A stretch of 64,000 nucleotides of DNA from Cyclobacteriaceae bacterium (GCA_044229915.1 JBGASB010000010.1:11567-75566); one strand, 5' to 3'. Shown: positions 19,300 to 29,156, counted from the stretch's first letter. Made by a program: numbers and translations. The notes: generated by a model from the sequence alone, not told the origin.

Positions 19300-21110
19300 T
19301 CAAACTTGCCATTGAGTACGTACTGTTCGATGTGTGGTCGTTTGGTTCCACCCAATAAATATTTTTCAATCATGAGGCTTGCTATGGATGCAGCCGCACG
19401 AGCACCCTGACCGGCATCTTCGACATAAACGGAAATTGCAATCTGAGGATTATCGCGCGGGGCAAAAGCAATAAATACGGAATGATCAAAGAGTGGTGGT
19501 GCATTCTGTACGGTTCCGGTCTTTCCGCAAACAATTACATCGGCTAGTCGAGCCCTATATTGTCCAGTTCCTTCCTCCACCACTTTCTGCATTGCGTCAA
19601 CCGCCACAATGAAATAAGAAGAATCAATGGTTGTGTAATGCCGCTCCGTATATTGTGGCAGAGGCTTACCATCTTCACCAATGGCTTTAACTACATGTGG
19701 GGTATAGTAGTAGCCACGATTTGCAATTGTGGCTGCGAAGTTTGCCATTTGAATAGGCACAACAAGATTTTCACCTTCTCCTATAGCAAGTGAATAGATA
19801 TTAGAAAATTTCCAGGCCGGGCTTTTATAGGCGCGATCATAATAAGCAGGTGTAGGTACTAATCCTTCCTTCTCATTGGGCAAGTCAATACCTAGTTTCC
19901 TCCCAAATCCAAAACTCATGATGTGCTTATTCCATTCTGCAAGACCAATACGTGTATCTCCAAATGGGTCATCTACCTTTCCCTGATTCAACATTCGTCT
20001 TAGTACATTGTGAAAATATGGATTGCATGAATTGGCAATGGCCCCCCGCAAATCTTCATTCGTGTGAGCGCCATGACAATTAATAACCGAACGATCGCAG
20101 CGAATACGTGTGTCAGGAGTAAGGACCTTTTCCTGTAGCGCTGTCATGGCCTGGGCAATTTTGAAAATCGAACCGGGTCTGTATTGAGCCATGAGCGGTC
20201 GATTGAAGAGTGGCTTCAAGGTATCATTACTGATTAATTTAAAATTAGAACTGTAGCTCTTCCCCGTAAGGAGGTTGGGATCGTAGGAAGGACCAGAAAC
20301 CAGGGAAAGGATTTCACCGGAAGAAGGTTCAATAGCCACGATACTTCCGGATTTCCCCTTCATTAAAAACTCTCCATACTGTTGCAAGTCAATATCAATA
20401 CCCGTAATAAGATTTTGACCGGGAACAGAAAGGGTGTCATATTCGCCATTCTTAAAGGAACCCTTTTCAATTCCTTTTACATTCCGCAATTTAAATCTCA
20501 CGCCACGTTTACCCCGCAATTGTTCCTCATAGAAAGCTTCGATGCCACTTTGTCCTACGTAATCACCCTGCTTATAAATTTTAGATGCGTCCCTGGACAA
20601 ACTCTCTTTGCTAATTTCACTTACATAGCCAAGCGCATTGGCAAGCGAGGGGGCGGCATAGGATCGGGTGGTTCGGGCTTGAACATAAAAACCAGGAAAC
20701 TCATCAAGCTGATCTTGTACTTTTGCAAAATCAATGTTCGACAATTGGTTCATGAAAAGTGTAGGCCTGAAAGGAGAGTACTCTTTTCGTGCCTTCATTT
20801 CTTTGAATTTTAACCGCAACTCTTCGCGCGATATCTCAAATACACTGCAAAATTTTGCGGAGTCAAACTTCCTGACGTCCTTCATAACGACTTGTAAGTC
20901 GTATTCCGGTGAGTTAAATACAATTAGTTTTTTATTGCGATCATAGATGAGGCCGCGGAAGGGATACTCCACTTGTCTTAAGATAGCATTTCCATCCGCC
21001 AATTCAGCGTACCGATTATCTAATACCTGAATAAAAAAAAGTTTGATTAGGAAAATAATGCCCACCAGCAAAAATACAACCTGCACTATTTCCTTTCTTC
21101 CTTCATTCAT
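19296..21110 (-). CDS. mrdA: penicillin-binding protein 2 (transpeptidase)
   Basis: PBP dimerisation and transpeptidase domains: SIFK (SxxK), SCN (SxN) and KTGT motifs. Operon position is between mreD and rodA. Confidence 0.9.
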   Translation of the reverse strand: MNEGRKEIVQVVFLLVGIIFLIKLFFIQVLDNRYAELADGNAILRQVEYPFRGLIYDRNKKLIVFNSPEYDLQVVMKDVRKFDSAKFCSVFEISREELRLKFKEMKARKEYSPFRPTLFMNQLSNIDFAKVQDQLDEFPGFYVQARTTRSYAAPSLANALGYVSEISKESLSRDASKIYKQGDYVGQSGIEAFYEEQLRGKRGVRFKLRNVKGIEKGSFKNGEYDTLSVPGQNLITGIDIDLQQYGEFLMKGKSGSIVAIEPSSGEILSLVSGPSYDPNLLTGKSYSSNFKLISNDTLKPLFNRPLMAQYRPGSIFKIAQAMTALQEKVLTPDTRIRCDRSVINCHGAHTNEDLRGAIANSCNPYFHNVLRRMLNQGKVDDPFGDTRIGLAEWNKHIMSFGFGRKLGIDLPNEKEGLVPTPAYYDRAYKSPAWKFSNIYSLAIGEGENLVVPIQMANFAATIANRGYYYTPHVVKAIGEDGKPLPQYTERHYTTIDSSYFIVAVDAMQKVVEEGTGQYRARLADVIVCGKTGTVQNAPPLFDHSVFIAFAPRDNPQIAISVYVEDAGQGARAAASIASLMIEKYLLGGTKRPHIEQYVLNGKFE

Positions 21111-21622
21111 GACCGTCTACGCTGAGGAGATAAATATTGAAGTAAAACAATGGTAGCCATAGTGAACATCAGGCTGGCAACAATTTTTAACATGGTATAC
21201 CAAAATAAAGCGAAGCCGGATGCTTCAACAAAAAACAAGACCAAATGATGAAGAAATACCAACGGTAATGAATAAACCAAAAACCATTGTAACCCATTTG
21301 CCATTACGGTAGCCGAAGAACTGGAATCATAACCACCCTGAGGAGTAATGGTGGCAAGCCAGGAATTTCTTAAATAGGAAACCAACACAGTTGCCAGCGC
21401 GTGCAAACCCATACTATCGTAAAAGATGTCGATTGTAAATCCCAATACGAAACCAATCAACATTAATACCAATGAATTAAGTTCGATAGGAAGCAATAAA
21501 ATAAACGCTATATACAAAAAGCAAAATGCTGAATTGAAAAGCACCAGGTTTCTGAGCACAAGCACCTGCACAAGCACATAGATAAAAAATAGTATAAACT
21601 GTATGATGCCTAAGCGACTCAT
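21107..21622 (-). CDS. mreD: rod shape-determining protein MreD
   Basis: Small polytopic membrane protein with 4-nt overlaps to mreC and mrdA. The call rests mainly on operon context. Confidence 0.75.
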   Translation of the reverse strand: MSRLGIIQFILFFIYVLVQVLVLRNLVLFNSAFCFLYIAFILLLPIELNSLVLMLIGFVLGFTIDIFYDSMGLHALATVLVSYLRNSWLATITPQGGYDSSSSATVMANGLQWFLVYSLPLVFLHHLVLFFVEASGFALFWYTMLKIVASLMFTMATIVLLQYLSPQRRRS

Positions 21623-22443
21623 TTTGGATCTCCTATGGTTATTTGTTCCAGCGAATCTATTTCATTCCTTAACCGGCTCTTCACTATTTCCACGAATGCC
21701 AACCGGCCAAAATCTTGTGACAACTCCAATCGGATATCCCAAAAGGGAGTTTCTTCCTTTAAGTTGACTTCCCGGATAATACCCACGAGCACCCCTTGAG
21801 GAAATACGGCATTGTACCCTGAGGTAACGACCGAATCACCAACCATCGGTTCAGCATGGCGAGGGATAAACAGCAAATTTGAATAGCGCATATTCAAACC
21901 ATCCCATCGAACGCTGCCAAATTGATTGGTTCTCTTTATTACGCTGGAGACCTGTTCATCTACATTCAGGAGTGAGATAAGAACTGCATAGTGTTCAGAA
22001 ACTGATTTTACTTTTCCAACGGCACCTGCATCGCTGATGGCAGCCATACCCGGAGCTATCCCATCAGCAGCTCCCTTATTAATGGTGATAAAGTTCTTAT
22101 ATAGATTGGTCGAATTGCTCATCACTTTCGCACTCACATATTCATATTGATTGACACGGGCCGAATCCGTTACCCCTTGAATTTGTTGATACCTCTTTTC
22201 GAGTTGTGTGCGCAGGGTGGCATTTTCACGCGAAAGTTCTTCGTTGATTGTACGCAAAGAAAAATATTCTCTTACGCCTTGAGAGAAACCCAGAATATTG
22301 GCAGCTAACTGATTGGAGGAGTTAAAATACTTCGTGCTTTGGTATTGATTATTCTCAATAACCAGCCAGGCACATGATAACTCCAGAAGTAAGAAAGTGA
22401 AAAAAGCCCGGTACTCGTAAATAAAATTTAAGAGCCGCTCCAT
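21619..22443 (-). CDS. mreC: rod shape-determining protein MreC
   Basis: N-terminal TM segment, coiled coil (LSRENATLRTQLEK) and C-terminal beta domains (GDSVVTSG...FPQGVLVG). Confidence 0.85.
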   Translation of the reverse strand: MERLLNFIYEYRAFFTFLLLELSCAWLVIENNQYQSTKYFNSSNQLAANILGFSQGVREYFSLRTINEELSRENATLRTQLEKRYQQIQGVTDSARVNQYEYVSAKVMSNSTNLYKNFITINKGAADGIAPGMAAISDAGAVGKVKSVSEHYAVLISLLNVDEQVSSVIKRTNQFGSVRWDGLNMRYSNLLFIPRHAEPMVGDSVVTSGYNAVFPQGVLVGIIREVNLKEETPFWDIRLELSQDFGRLAFVEIVKSRLRNEIDSLEQITIGDPK

Positions 22444-22446
22444 CCA

Positions 22447-23472
22447 TTAAGTCATCAACACTTTTCTGTAATGTTCAAGATTCTTCAGGGTAGCTCCGGT
22501 GCCTCTCACCACAGCACGGAGTGGATCATCCGCTACGTGAATGGGTAACTTGGTCTTCAATGAAAGACGTTTATCCAATCCGCGTAACATGGCCCCGCCA
22601 CCTGTCAAGTAAATGCCTTGCTCATAAATATCAGCTGAGAGCTCGGGTGGTGAAAGCTCCAACGCTTTGAGCACCGCTTCTTCTAACTTTGAAATAGACT
22701 TATCCAAAGCAAACGCAACTTCCGAATAAGAAATCTTAATGGTTTTGGGGATACCCGTCATTAGGTCGCGACCCCGGATTTCATAGTCATCCGGACCGTC
22801 ATCGAGTTCAGTTAATGCAGAGCCTACTTCAATCTTAACGCGTTCGGCTGAGCGTTCTCCAATCAGCAGGTTATGTTGCCTACGCATGTAATCTAGAATA
22901 TCGCGATTGAATGTATCTCCGGCAATACGGATTGACTGATCACAAACAATACCTGATAAAGCAATAACAGCAATATCGGTTGTCCCACCACCAATATCCA
23001 CAATCATATTACCAACTGGCTGTTCAATGTCAATACCGATTCCAATAGCAGCCGCAATAGGCTCATGAATCATGTACACTTCTTTTGCGTTAGCATGCTC
23101 CGCAGAGTCACGAACAGCTCGCTTCTCCACTTCGGTGATTGCAGAAGGAATACAGATTACCATTCGCAAAGAAGGTGGGAAAAGTTTTCGGCCTGTATCG
23201 ATCATTTTAATCATGCCCCGAATCATCATTTCAGCAGCATGGAAGTCAGCAATAACACCTTCCTTTAGCGGACGGATAGTTTTGATATTATCATGTGTTT
23301 TTTCATGCATCTGCATGGCCTCCCGACCGATGGCCAGCACTTTACCGGTTGCCCGATCTAAGGCAATAATAGATGGCTCATCTACTACTACTTTATCTTT
23401 ATGAATAATCAGCGTATTGGCGGTTCCCAGGTCGATGGCTATGTCCTGAGTAAAGAAATCAAAAAGTCCCAT
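22447..23472 (-). CDS. mreB: rod shape-determining protein MreB
   Basis: Actin-fold motifs DIAIDLGTANT, VDIGGGTTD and LTGGGAMLRGLD. Confidence 0.95.
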   Translation of the reverse strand: MGLFDFFTQDIAIDLGTANTLIIHKDKVVVDEPSIIALDRATGKVLAIGREAMQMHEKTHDNIKTIRPLKEGVIADFHAAEMMIRGMIKMIDTGRKLFPPSLRMVICIPSAITEVEKRAVRDSAEHANAKEVYMIHEPIAAAIGIGIDIEQPVGNMIVDIGGGTTDIAVIALSGIVCDQSIRIAGDTFNRDILDYMRRQHNLLIGERSAERVKIEVGSALTELDDGPDDYEIRGRDLMTGIPKTIKISYSEVAFALDKSISKLEEAVLKALELSPPELSADIYEQGIYLTGGGAMLRGLDKRLSLKTKLPIHVADDPLRAVVRGTGATLKNLEHYRKVLMT

Positions 23473-23565
23473 TCGTTCCCGTAAGGTTAAAAAGTTATAA
23501 AGCCCGAAATTACTGAAATAATCCGGGGAATTTTAAGTGTAAACTGCCGAAAAACTTACAGCGTA

Positions 23566-25092
23566 TTAATGCTTAAAGTGTCTGATACCGGTGAAGACCA
23601 TGGCCATATTATTTCGGTCGCAGTAGTCAATCGAATCCTGGTCTTTGATAGACCCACCCGGCTGGATCACTGCTTCTATCCCGTGTTGATGAGCAATCTC
23701 AACGCAATCGGGGAACGGAAAGAAAGCATCGGAAGCCATTACAGCCCCCTTCAGAGAAAAGCCAAAAGCTCCAGCTTTCTCAATAGCTTGCTTCAAAGCA
23801 TCCACCCGGCTGGTTTGGCCAACGCCACTGGCTAGTAACTGGCCATTTGTAGCTAAAATAATCGTATTCGATTTGGTGTGTTTGCAGATTTTGCTTGCAA
23901 AGAGTAAGGCCTCAACTTCTCCTGATGATGGAATTCGTTTTGTCATCGGTTTTAAATCTGCCTTTGCATCAGTTTTAAGATCCAGATCCTGCTCGATTAC
24001 TCCATTTAAGAGGCTTTTGAACTGCTTGTGGCCGGTAAGTGCTTCCTTTTGCTTCAAGATGATCCTATTCTTCTTAGTCTTGAGTAACTCGAGAGCAGCA
24101 GGTTCAAACTCAGGTGCAATCAAAATTTCAAAAAAGAGCTTGTTGATTTCTTCGGCTGCTGATAAATCGATTCTTTTATTCGTTGCCAAAACGCCACCAA
24201 ATGCAGAAATGGTATCTGCCTGGAATGCCTTTAGGTAGGCCGTCTTTACATCGACTGCAGTAGCTACTCCGCAGGCATTCGTGTGCTTGATAATCACAAA
24301 AGCAATTTCGCCCTCAAATTCCTTCACTAAACTGATAGCTGCATCCACATCCACCAGATTATTGTATGAAAGTTCCTTGCCATTTAACTGGTCAAACAGA
24401 CTTTCCAAATCACCATAAAATACACCTTGCTGATGTGGGTTTTCGCCATAGCGCAACACTTTGCCTTGCTGGAAACTTGATTTGAAACTTGGCAACTGTT
24501 GCTCCTGGTTGAAATACCTGAATATGGCAGAGTCGTAATGTGAAGTAACATCAAAGGCTTTGGCGGCAAATCGCTTTCTATCGGCAAGATCTAAGGAGCC
24601 ATTCTTTGCTTGCAATAAAGTCAGCAATTCCTGGTATTGAGTGCGGGCAGAAACTATCAACACGTCATTAAAATTCTTGGCCGCACCACGAATCAGGGAA
24701 ATACCCCCGATATCAATTTTCTCTACAATGTCTTCTTCGTTGCCTCCTTTCGCTACTGTTTCTTCAAAAGGATATAGGTCTACAATCACCAGATCAATTG
24801 GAGCAATTTTAAACTCCTGTGCCTGCTTTAGATCCCCTGAATCATCCCTTCTGAAAAGAATGCCTCCAAAAATAGCCGGGTGGAGAGTTTTAACCCGACC
24901 ACCAAAAATGGAAGGATAACCCGTTAGCATTTCAACGGGAATAACGGGGTATCCAAGCTTCTCTATAAATTCCTGCGTACCTCCCGTAGAGACAAATTCT
25001 ACTCCTTGTTTTCCAAGAAAATGGATGATCGGTTCAAGATGATCTTTGTAAAAAACGGAGATCAGGGCGCGGGTAATTTTCTTTGATGACAT
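23566..25092 (-). CDS. purH: bifunctional AICAR transformylase / IMP cyclohydrolase
   Basis: RALISVFYK..., GRVKTLHP, YGENPHQ and QPGGSIKD motifs. Confidence 0.95.
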   Translation of the reverse strand: MSSKKITRALISVFYKDHLEPIIHFLGKQGVEFVSTGGTQEFIEKLGYPVIPVEMLTGYPSIFGGRVKTLHPAIFGGILFRRDDSGDLKQAQEFKIAPIDLVIVDLYPFEETVAKGGNEEDIVEKIDIGGISLIRGAAKNFNDVLIVSARTQYQELLTLLQAKNGSLDLADRKRFAAKAFDVTSHYDSAIFRYFNQEQQLPSFKSSFQQGKVLRYGENPHQQGVFYGDLESLFDQLNGKELSYNNLVDVDAAISLVKEFEGEIAFVIIKHTNACGVATAVDVKTAYLKAFQADTISAFGGVLATNKRIDLSAAEEINKLFFEILIAPEFEPAALELLKTKKNRIILKQKEALTGHKQFKSLLNGVIEQDLDLKTDAKADLKPMTKRIPSSGEVEALLFASKICKHTKSNTIILATNGQLLASGVGQTSRVDALKQAIEKAGAFGFSLKGAVMASDAFFPFPDCVEIAHQHGIEAVIQPGGSIKDQDSIDYCDRNNMAMVFTGIRHFKH

Positions 25093-25146
25093 GGTTAAGA
25101 ATTGAGGTGCAAAAATGCAGGATTAAAGTGGAAAGAACCAAAGATT

Positions 25147-25174
25147 CCACGCAAAGACGCTAAATTCGCAAAAG
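25147..25174. repeat. left inverted-repeat arm flanking the GxxExxY gene (three CGCWAAR units)
   Basis: ccaCGCAAAGaCGCTAAAttCGCAAAAg. See the right arm at 25581..25608. Confidence 0.6.
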
Positions 25175-25178
25175 GACT

Positions 25179-25562
25179 TTATAGGTTATTAACTATTCGT
25201 TGAATACCATCCTTAATCAAGGCTTCATTAAAATTGACAAGAATGCCAAGCTTCAAACCCGTTAGACGTAAGTATGTCAATAACTGTTTTTGATGAACCG
25301 GAGCGATTGCTTCCTGTGATTTGATCTCTATAATTACTTTTTCATTAACAATCAAATCAGTTCGGAAGCCTATTTCCATTTTAATTGACTTATAAATAAC
25401 TGGTAGCTCCTTCTGCCTTTCAACAAATAGGCCTTGTTGGATTAGCTCAAAATACAAGCACTCCTCATAAACTGACTCAAAAAGACCCGGTCCAAGTTCT
25501 TTATGAATATGAAAGCATGAGTTAACAATTATTTTGGATAAGTCATTTTCAGTCATATGCAC
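25179..25562 (-). CDS. GxxExxY family protein (PD-(D/E)XK nuclease-fold superfamily)
   Basis: 127 aa with the motif GLFESVY within GPGLFESVYEECL. The downstream DLIVNEKVIIEIK element fits the PD-(D/E)XK pattern. Confidence 0.8.
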   Translation of the reverse strand: MHMTENDLSKIIVNSCFHIHKELGPGLFESVYEECLYFELIQQGLFVERQKELPVIYKSIKMEIGFRTDLIVNEKVIIEIKSQEAIAPVHQKQLLTYLRLTGLKLGILVNFNEALIKDGIQRIVNNL

Positions 25563-25580
25563 TAGCTGGAGCAGGACTAA

Positions 25581-25608
25581 ACTTAGCGATCTTTGCGTCT
25601 TAGCGTGG
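25581..25608. repeat. right inverted-repeat arm flanking the GxxExxY gene
   Basis: The reverse complement reads ccaCGCTAAGaCGCAAAGatCGCTAAGt. Hand alignment to the left arm matches at about 21 of 27 positions with the same heptamer spacing. Confidence 0.6.
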
Positions 25609-25617
25609 ATTAAAAAT

Positions 25618-26010
25618 ATGAAACTCTTTCTACACCTCGAACTAAGAAAATGGCAAGAATCGGGCTACGAAAAACCGCTTCTTACCTTCGCCTCTTCCCT
25701 TTCCAGTGATTTGATCGGTGCTGAGATGGACAATCAATCGGATGCTTCCATTGCCGATCTGGTCATCCGCCTATGCGATCAGGTACAATCCGTTTTTATT
25801 TTGATTCAGGCGCAACCGAATGAACCACTTGGATCTGCGTTGAAATTATTAAATCACCTGCTTCGTACAACTCAAAAAATTCACTCCGTGGTGATCTCAG
25901 GAAATCATGAACCCGCACAGAAGTTGATGGCTACGCTTGGCGAAAGATTTAAAAAGGAAGACGATCCGGAAAAGATTAAAATCTTGATTAAGGATTTTGC
26001 CTCAGCTTAA
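25618..26010 (+). CDS. hypothetical protein
   Basis: Start placed at the ATG at 25618 (MKLFLHLELRKWQ), because the 5' part of ORF 25534..26010 overlaps the GxxExxY gene and repeat arm. No family recognised. The 3' end overlaps the convergent amidase gene by 9 nt. Confidence 0.45.
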   Translation: MKLFLHLELRKWQESGYEKPLLTFASSLSSDLIGAEMDNQSDASIADLVIRLCDQVQSVFILIQAQPNEPLGSALKLLNHLLRTTQKIHSVVISGNHEPAQKLMATLGERFKKEDDPEKIKILIKDFASA

Positions 26011-26835
26011 ACCAGTCAGGTTGCGTTCCTCATAGGCTTCAGCCTCAATAGAAAAATCATCAGCATCCATAAAAGCCGGAAACTTATCGCGGTAGGATTG
26101 CAGTGCGTGAGAATTTAATTCCAGGGTCTTAATAGCCTCCACGCTCTCAACAGAAAAGAATGAATCGCCCTTAGGTCCAATGAACGCTGAATGACCATTG
26201 TATTCAATCCCATTTCCGTCAAGACCAACGCGGTTTACACCAACGGTATAGCTTAAATTTTCTATTGCCCGCGCTTTTAATAAGGTTTCCCAGGCCGTGG
26301 ATCTCACCATTGGCCAGTTGGCGACATAAACAAGCAAATCGTAAGCAGGTTTTTTAAGAGATGCATTCCAACGATTTCTGCTCCACACCGGAAACCTCAG
26401 GTCGTAACAAATTAATGGGCAAATTCTCCAACCCTTCCAATGGCCAATTAAAAGACTTTCACCGGGTGTGTAAACCTGATGCTCCTCTGCCATCCGAAAC
26501 AGATGTCGCTTATCATAGGTTTTATAATTTCCGCCTGGCTCCATCCACAACAGCCGGTTGTAAAAGCGGTCGTGCACATTGGCAATAAAACTTCCCAGTA
26601 TCAATGCTCCGGTTTGGTCCGCCATCTGCTTCATCCATTTGAAGGTGCGCATATTCATGTGCTCAGCCAGTTTGGGCGCCTGCATGGTGAAGCCGGTCGT
26701 AAACATCTCAGGCAGTACGATCACATCTGTAGACTCTCCAATCTGCCAGATTTTCTCTTCAAACATGGCCAAATTGGCTCCAACATCTTCCCAATGGATA
26801 TCGGCTTGAATGACGGTGATTTTTAAATCCTGCAT
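26002..26835 (-). CDS. carbon-nitrogen hydrolase family, omega-amidase (YafV/Nit2-like)
   Basis: MQDLKITVIQ start at 26835. The Glu (LPEMF), Lys and Cys (ICYDLRFP) catalytic triad context fits the nitrilase superfamily. Confidence 0.85.
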   Translation of the reverse strand: MQDLKITVIQADIHWEDVGANLAMFEEKIWQIGESTDVIVLPEMFTTGFTMQAPKLAEHMNMRTFKWMKQMADQTGALILGSFIANVHDRFYNRLLWMEPGGNYKTYDKRHLFRMAEEHQVYTPGESLLIGHWKGWRICPLICYDLRFPVWSRNRWNASLKKPAYDLLVYVANWPMVRSTAWETLLKARAIENLSYTVGVNRVGLDGNGIEYNGHSAFIGPKGDSFFSVESVEAIKTLELNSHALQSYRDKFPAFMDADDFSIEAEAYEERNLTGLS

Positions 26836-26907
26836 AAGGGTAACAAACGGACTGCAAAGAAAGCAATACGGGCTCAAATTTTGAACCCTTTACCCAATAA
26901 AAACCCG

Positions 26908-28050
26908 TTAAAGTTTTCGAAGAATGACACCAGCCTTTTCCAGCGTCTCCTCACCCTTGGCAAAGCAAAAACGAAGAAGCTTATGGTCGGATTTATCCTG
27001 ATAAAAGGCAGATACAGGGATAGGCGCAAGTTTTTTCTCCTTTGTCATCCATTCTGCCATTTCCGTTTCTTTCAAGTCTGAAACAGATTCGTAAGAAAGG
27101 AGTTGAAAATAGCTTCCATAGCTTGGTAACGGTTTCAAAGAAGAGCCTTTGATCTGATCTAAAAAGAAGTCACGCTTTTGTTGATAGAACGTGCCGAGGT
27201 GAAGGTAATTTTCGGGATTGCCAAGATATTCTGCCAACGCCAGTTGAACAGGGGTATTTACGCTGAATGTAATGAACTGATGTGCTTTGCGGATTTCTTT
27301 GGTCAGAAACTCAGGTGCTATTGTATAGCCCACCTTCCAGCCGGTAGCATGAAAAGTTTTACCGAACGAAAACACCGCCACGCTTTGGGCGGCCAGCGCT
27401 GGGAATTTTAAGACACTCTGATGGGTTTGGTGATCAAAAATAATTCGCTCATAAACCTCATCACTCAATACAATCAGGTTGTGATCAAAAGCAATTTTCT
27501 CAAGGTTTTTAAGATCACCTTCGGTTAAAATGGCACCGGTTGGATTGTGCGGAGTATTGATCATGATCATTCGGGTACGAGGTGAGATTTTCAATCGCAC
27601 TTCTTCCCAGTTAATAGAAAAATGAGGCGGTTCTAACTTAATGTGGATAGGTTTGCCGCCATTCAACCTGACTGCAGGATCATACGAGTCATACGCGGGA
27701 TCAAACATGATAACTTCGTCACCCTCCTTCACAAGGGAAGCAATGGTAGAGAAGATAGCTTCGGTACCTCCGGCCGTCACGGTTACTTCCGTTTCAAAAT
27801 CAGTAGATCGATGGTAAGTTTTCTCTACCAAATCAGCAATTGCTTTTCGTAAAACTGGAGTACCAGGCATAGGTGCATACTGATTGTGCCCGGCCTTCAT
27901 GTTTTTATAAATAAGTTCAATCAATTCCTGCGATACAGGAAAGTCGGGGAACCCCTGAGAAAGATTAATGGCACCGTGCTCCAATGCCATGCGCGACATA
28001 ACTGTAAAAATGGATGTGCCAACCTCAGGAAGGCGAGAGTTTATATTCAA
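26908..28050 (-). CDS. class I/II PLP aminotransferase (YbdL/methionine aminotransferase-like)
   Basis: INLSQGFPDF, NTPHNPTG and SFGKTFHATGWKVGY (PLP lysine). The apparent start is the TTG at 28050. Confidence 0.9.
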   Translation of the reverse strand: MNINSRLPEVGTSIFTVMSRMALEHGAINLSQGFPDFPVSQELIELIYKNMKAGHNQYAPMPGTPVLRKAIADLVEKTYHRSTDFETEVTVTAGGTEAIFSTIASLVKEGDEVIMFDPAYDSYDPAVRLNGGKPIHIKLEPPHFSINWEEVRLKISPRTRMIMINTPHNPTGAILTEGDLKNLEKIAFDHNLIVLSDEVYERIIFDHQTHQSVLKFPALAAQSVAVFSFGKTFHATGWKVGYTIAPEFLTKEIRKAHQFITFSVNTPVQLALAEYLGNPENYLHLGTFYQQKRDFFLDQIKGSSLKPLPSYGSYFQLLSYESVSDLKETEMAEWMTKEKKLAPIPVSAFYQDKSDHKLLRFCFAKGEETLEKAGVILRKL

Positions 28051-28063
28051 GATTCAAAATTTA
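28045..28063. repeat. 19-nt intergenic motif ATTCAAGATTCAAAATTTA, copy 2
   Basis: Identical to 1774..1792. It sits in the hairpin-rich spacer between def and the aminotransferase gene and overlaps the TTG start by 6 nt. Confidence 0.6.
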
Positions 28064-28115
28064 GAATTCAAAATTCAATTGTGAGCAATTCCTATTTTGA
28101 ATATGGGATCCGGAA

Positions 28116-28670
28116 TTACTTTCGTAGTGGAGCTAAAATACGGTAATCCGTATCCACATCCCCCTTACTGATATCGGCCAGCTTGCCTTTTAGCATCCGC
28201 TTCTTTAGCGGGGTTAAATAATCAATGAACAACTTGCCTTCAATATGATCGTATTCGTGCTGAATAATGCGCGCCTTCATGCCTGTGAATTCCTCTTCAA
28301 ATGAATACCAGTTCTCATCAAAATATTTAATCCGTACTTTTTCCTTTCGCCAAACATCTTCCCTAATGTTGGGAATGCTCAGGCATCCTTCTTCGAAGTC
28401 CCATTCTTCCCCAGTCTCTTTTAGAATTACAGGGTTGACAAAGACCTTCTTAAAATCGGCAAGGGTGGGTTCATCCTCCAGGGTTGTTCCATCCACAACA
28501 AAAAGGCGTACACTTTTGCCAATTTGGGGAGCCGCCAACCCAATACCGTGAGCAGCATGCATGGTTTCATACATGTCCTTAACCAACTCCTTCAAATCCG
28601 TTCCTTCTTTAATATCGGTGGCCCGCTTTCTTAATACTGCATCGCCATAAACCACAATCGGATAAACCAT
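28116..28670 (-). CDS. def: peptide deformylase
   Basis: GIGLAAPQIG, EGCLS and HEYDHIEG motifs. Confidence 0.95.
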   Translation of the reverse strand: MVYPIVVYGDAVLRKRATDIKEGTDLKELVKDMYETMHAAHGIGLAAPQIGKSVRLFVVDGTTLEDEPTLADFKKVFVNPVILKETGEEWDFEEGCLSIPNIREDVWRKEKVRIKYFDENWYSFEEEFTGMKARIIQHEYDHIEGKLFIDYLTPLKKRMLKGKLADISKGDVDTDYRILAPLRK

Positions 28671-28739
28671 GACTAAAAATTAAACTACAAAGGTAGGGTA
28701 CATTCTATGAATTTTAAGCCTTACACCACGAATTTGATG

Positions 28740-29156
28740 TCAATGACCCTTCATTTGAAGATAATCCTGTAAAATGAGGGTAGCGCTTATCTTATCAACA
28801 TTGCCCTTTACCTGCCGGTCCTTCTTCTTCATACCGCCAGCAATCATAGCCCGTTGAGCTATTGAACTGGTAAAGCGCTCGTCTATAGTTTGGATCGGTT
28901 TTTCGGGGAAGGTTTTACTGAAGAGCTCCATGAATTTCCTTACATCAGGGGCCGTTTCCGAGTCCGTATTATTCATTTGCTTCGGCATACCTATCACCAC
29001 CTCATCTACTGTTTCGCTCTTAAAATATTTTGCTAAAAAATTAATTAACCCTGTAGTTTCAACTGTCTCCAGCGCTGTGGCTATTATTCTTAGTGGATCG
29101 GTAACTGCCAGGCCGGTGCGTTTGGTTCCGTAATCAATAGCAAGAATTCTTCCCAT
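28740..29156 (-). CDS. ruvX: Holliday junction resolvase-like protein RuvX/YqgF
   Basis: RILAIDYGTKRTGLAV and DERFTS motifs. 138 aa. Confidence 0.9.
   Translation of the reverse strand: MGRILAIDYGTKRTGLAVTDPLRIIATALETVETTGLINFLAKYFKSETVDEVVIGMPKQMNNTDSETAPDVRKFMELFSKTFPEKPIQTIDERFTSSIAQRAMIAGGMKKKDRQVKGNVDKISATLILQDYLQMKGH

Noticed and set aside
20382-20813. 143-aa antisense ORF inside mrdA. Similar shadow ORFs occur at 46783..47220, 48726..49121, 39603..40100, 40783..41181, 3192..3533 and 10237..10620.
   Set aside because: All are fully embedded opposite strongly supported genes, have low-complexity or odd composition, and show no motifs. They are typical frame shadows in a genome with long ORFs.
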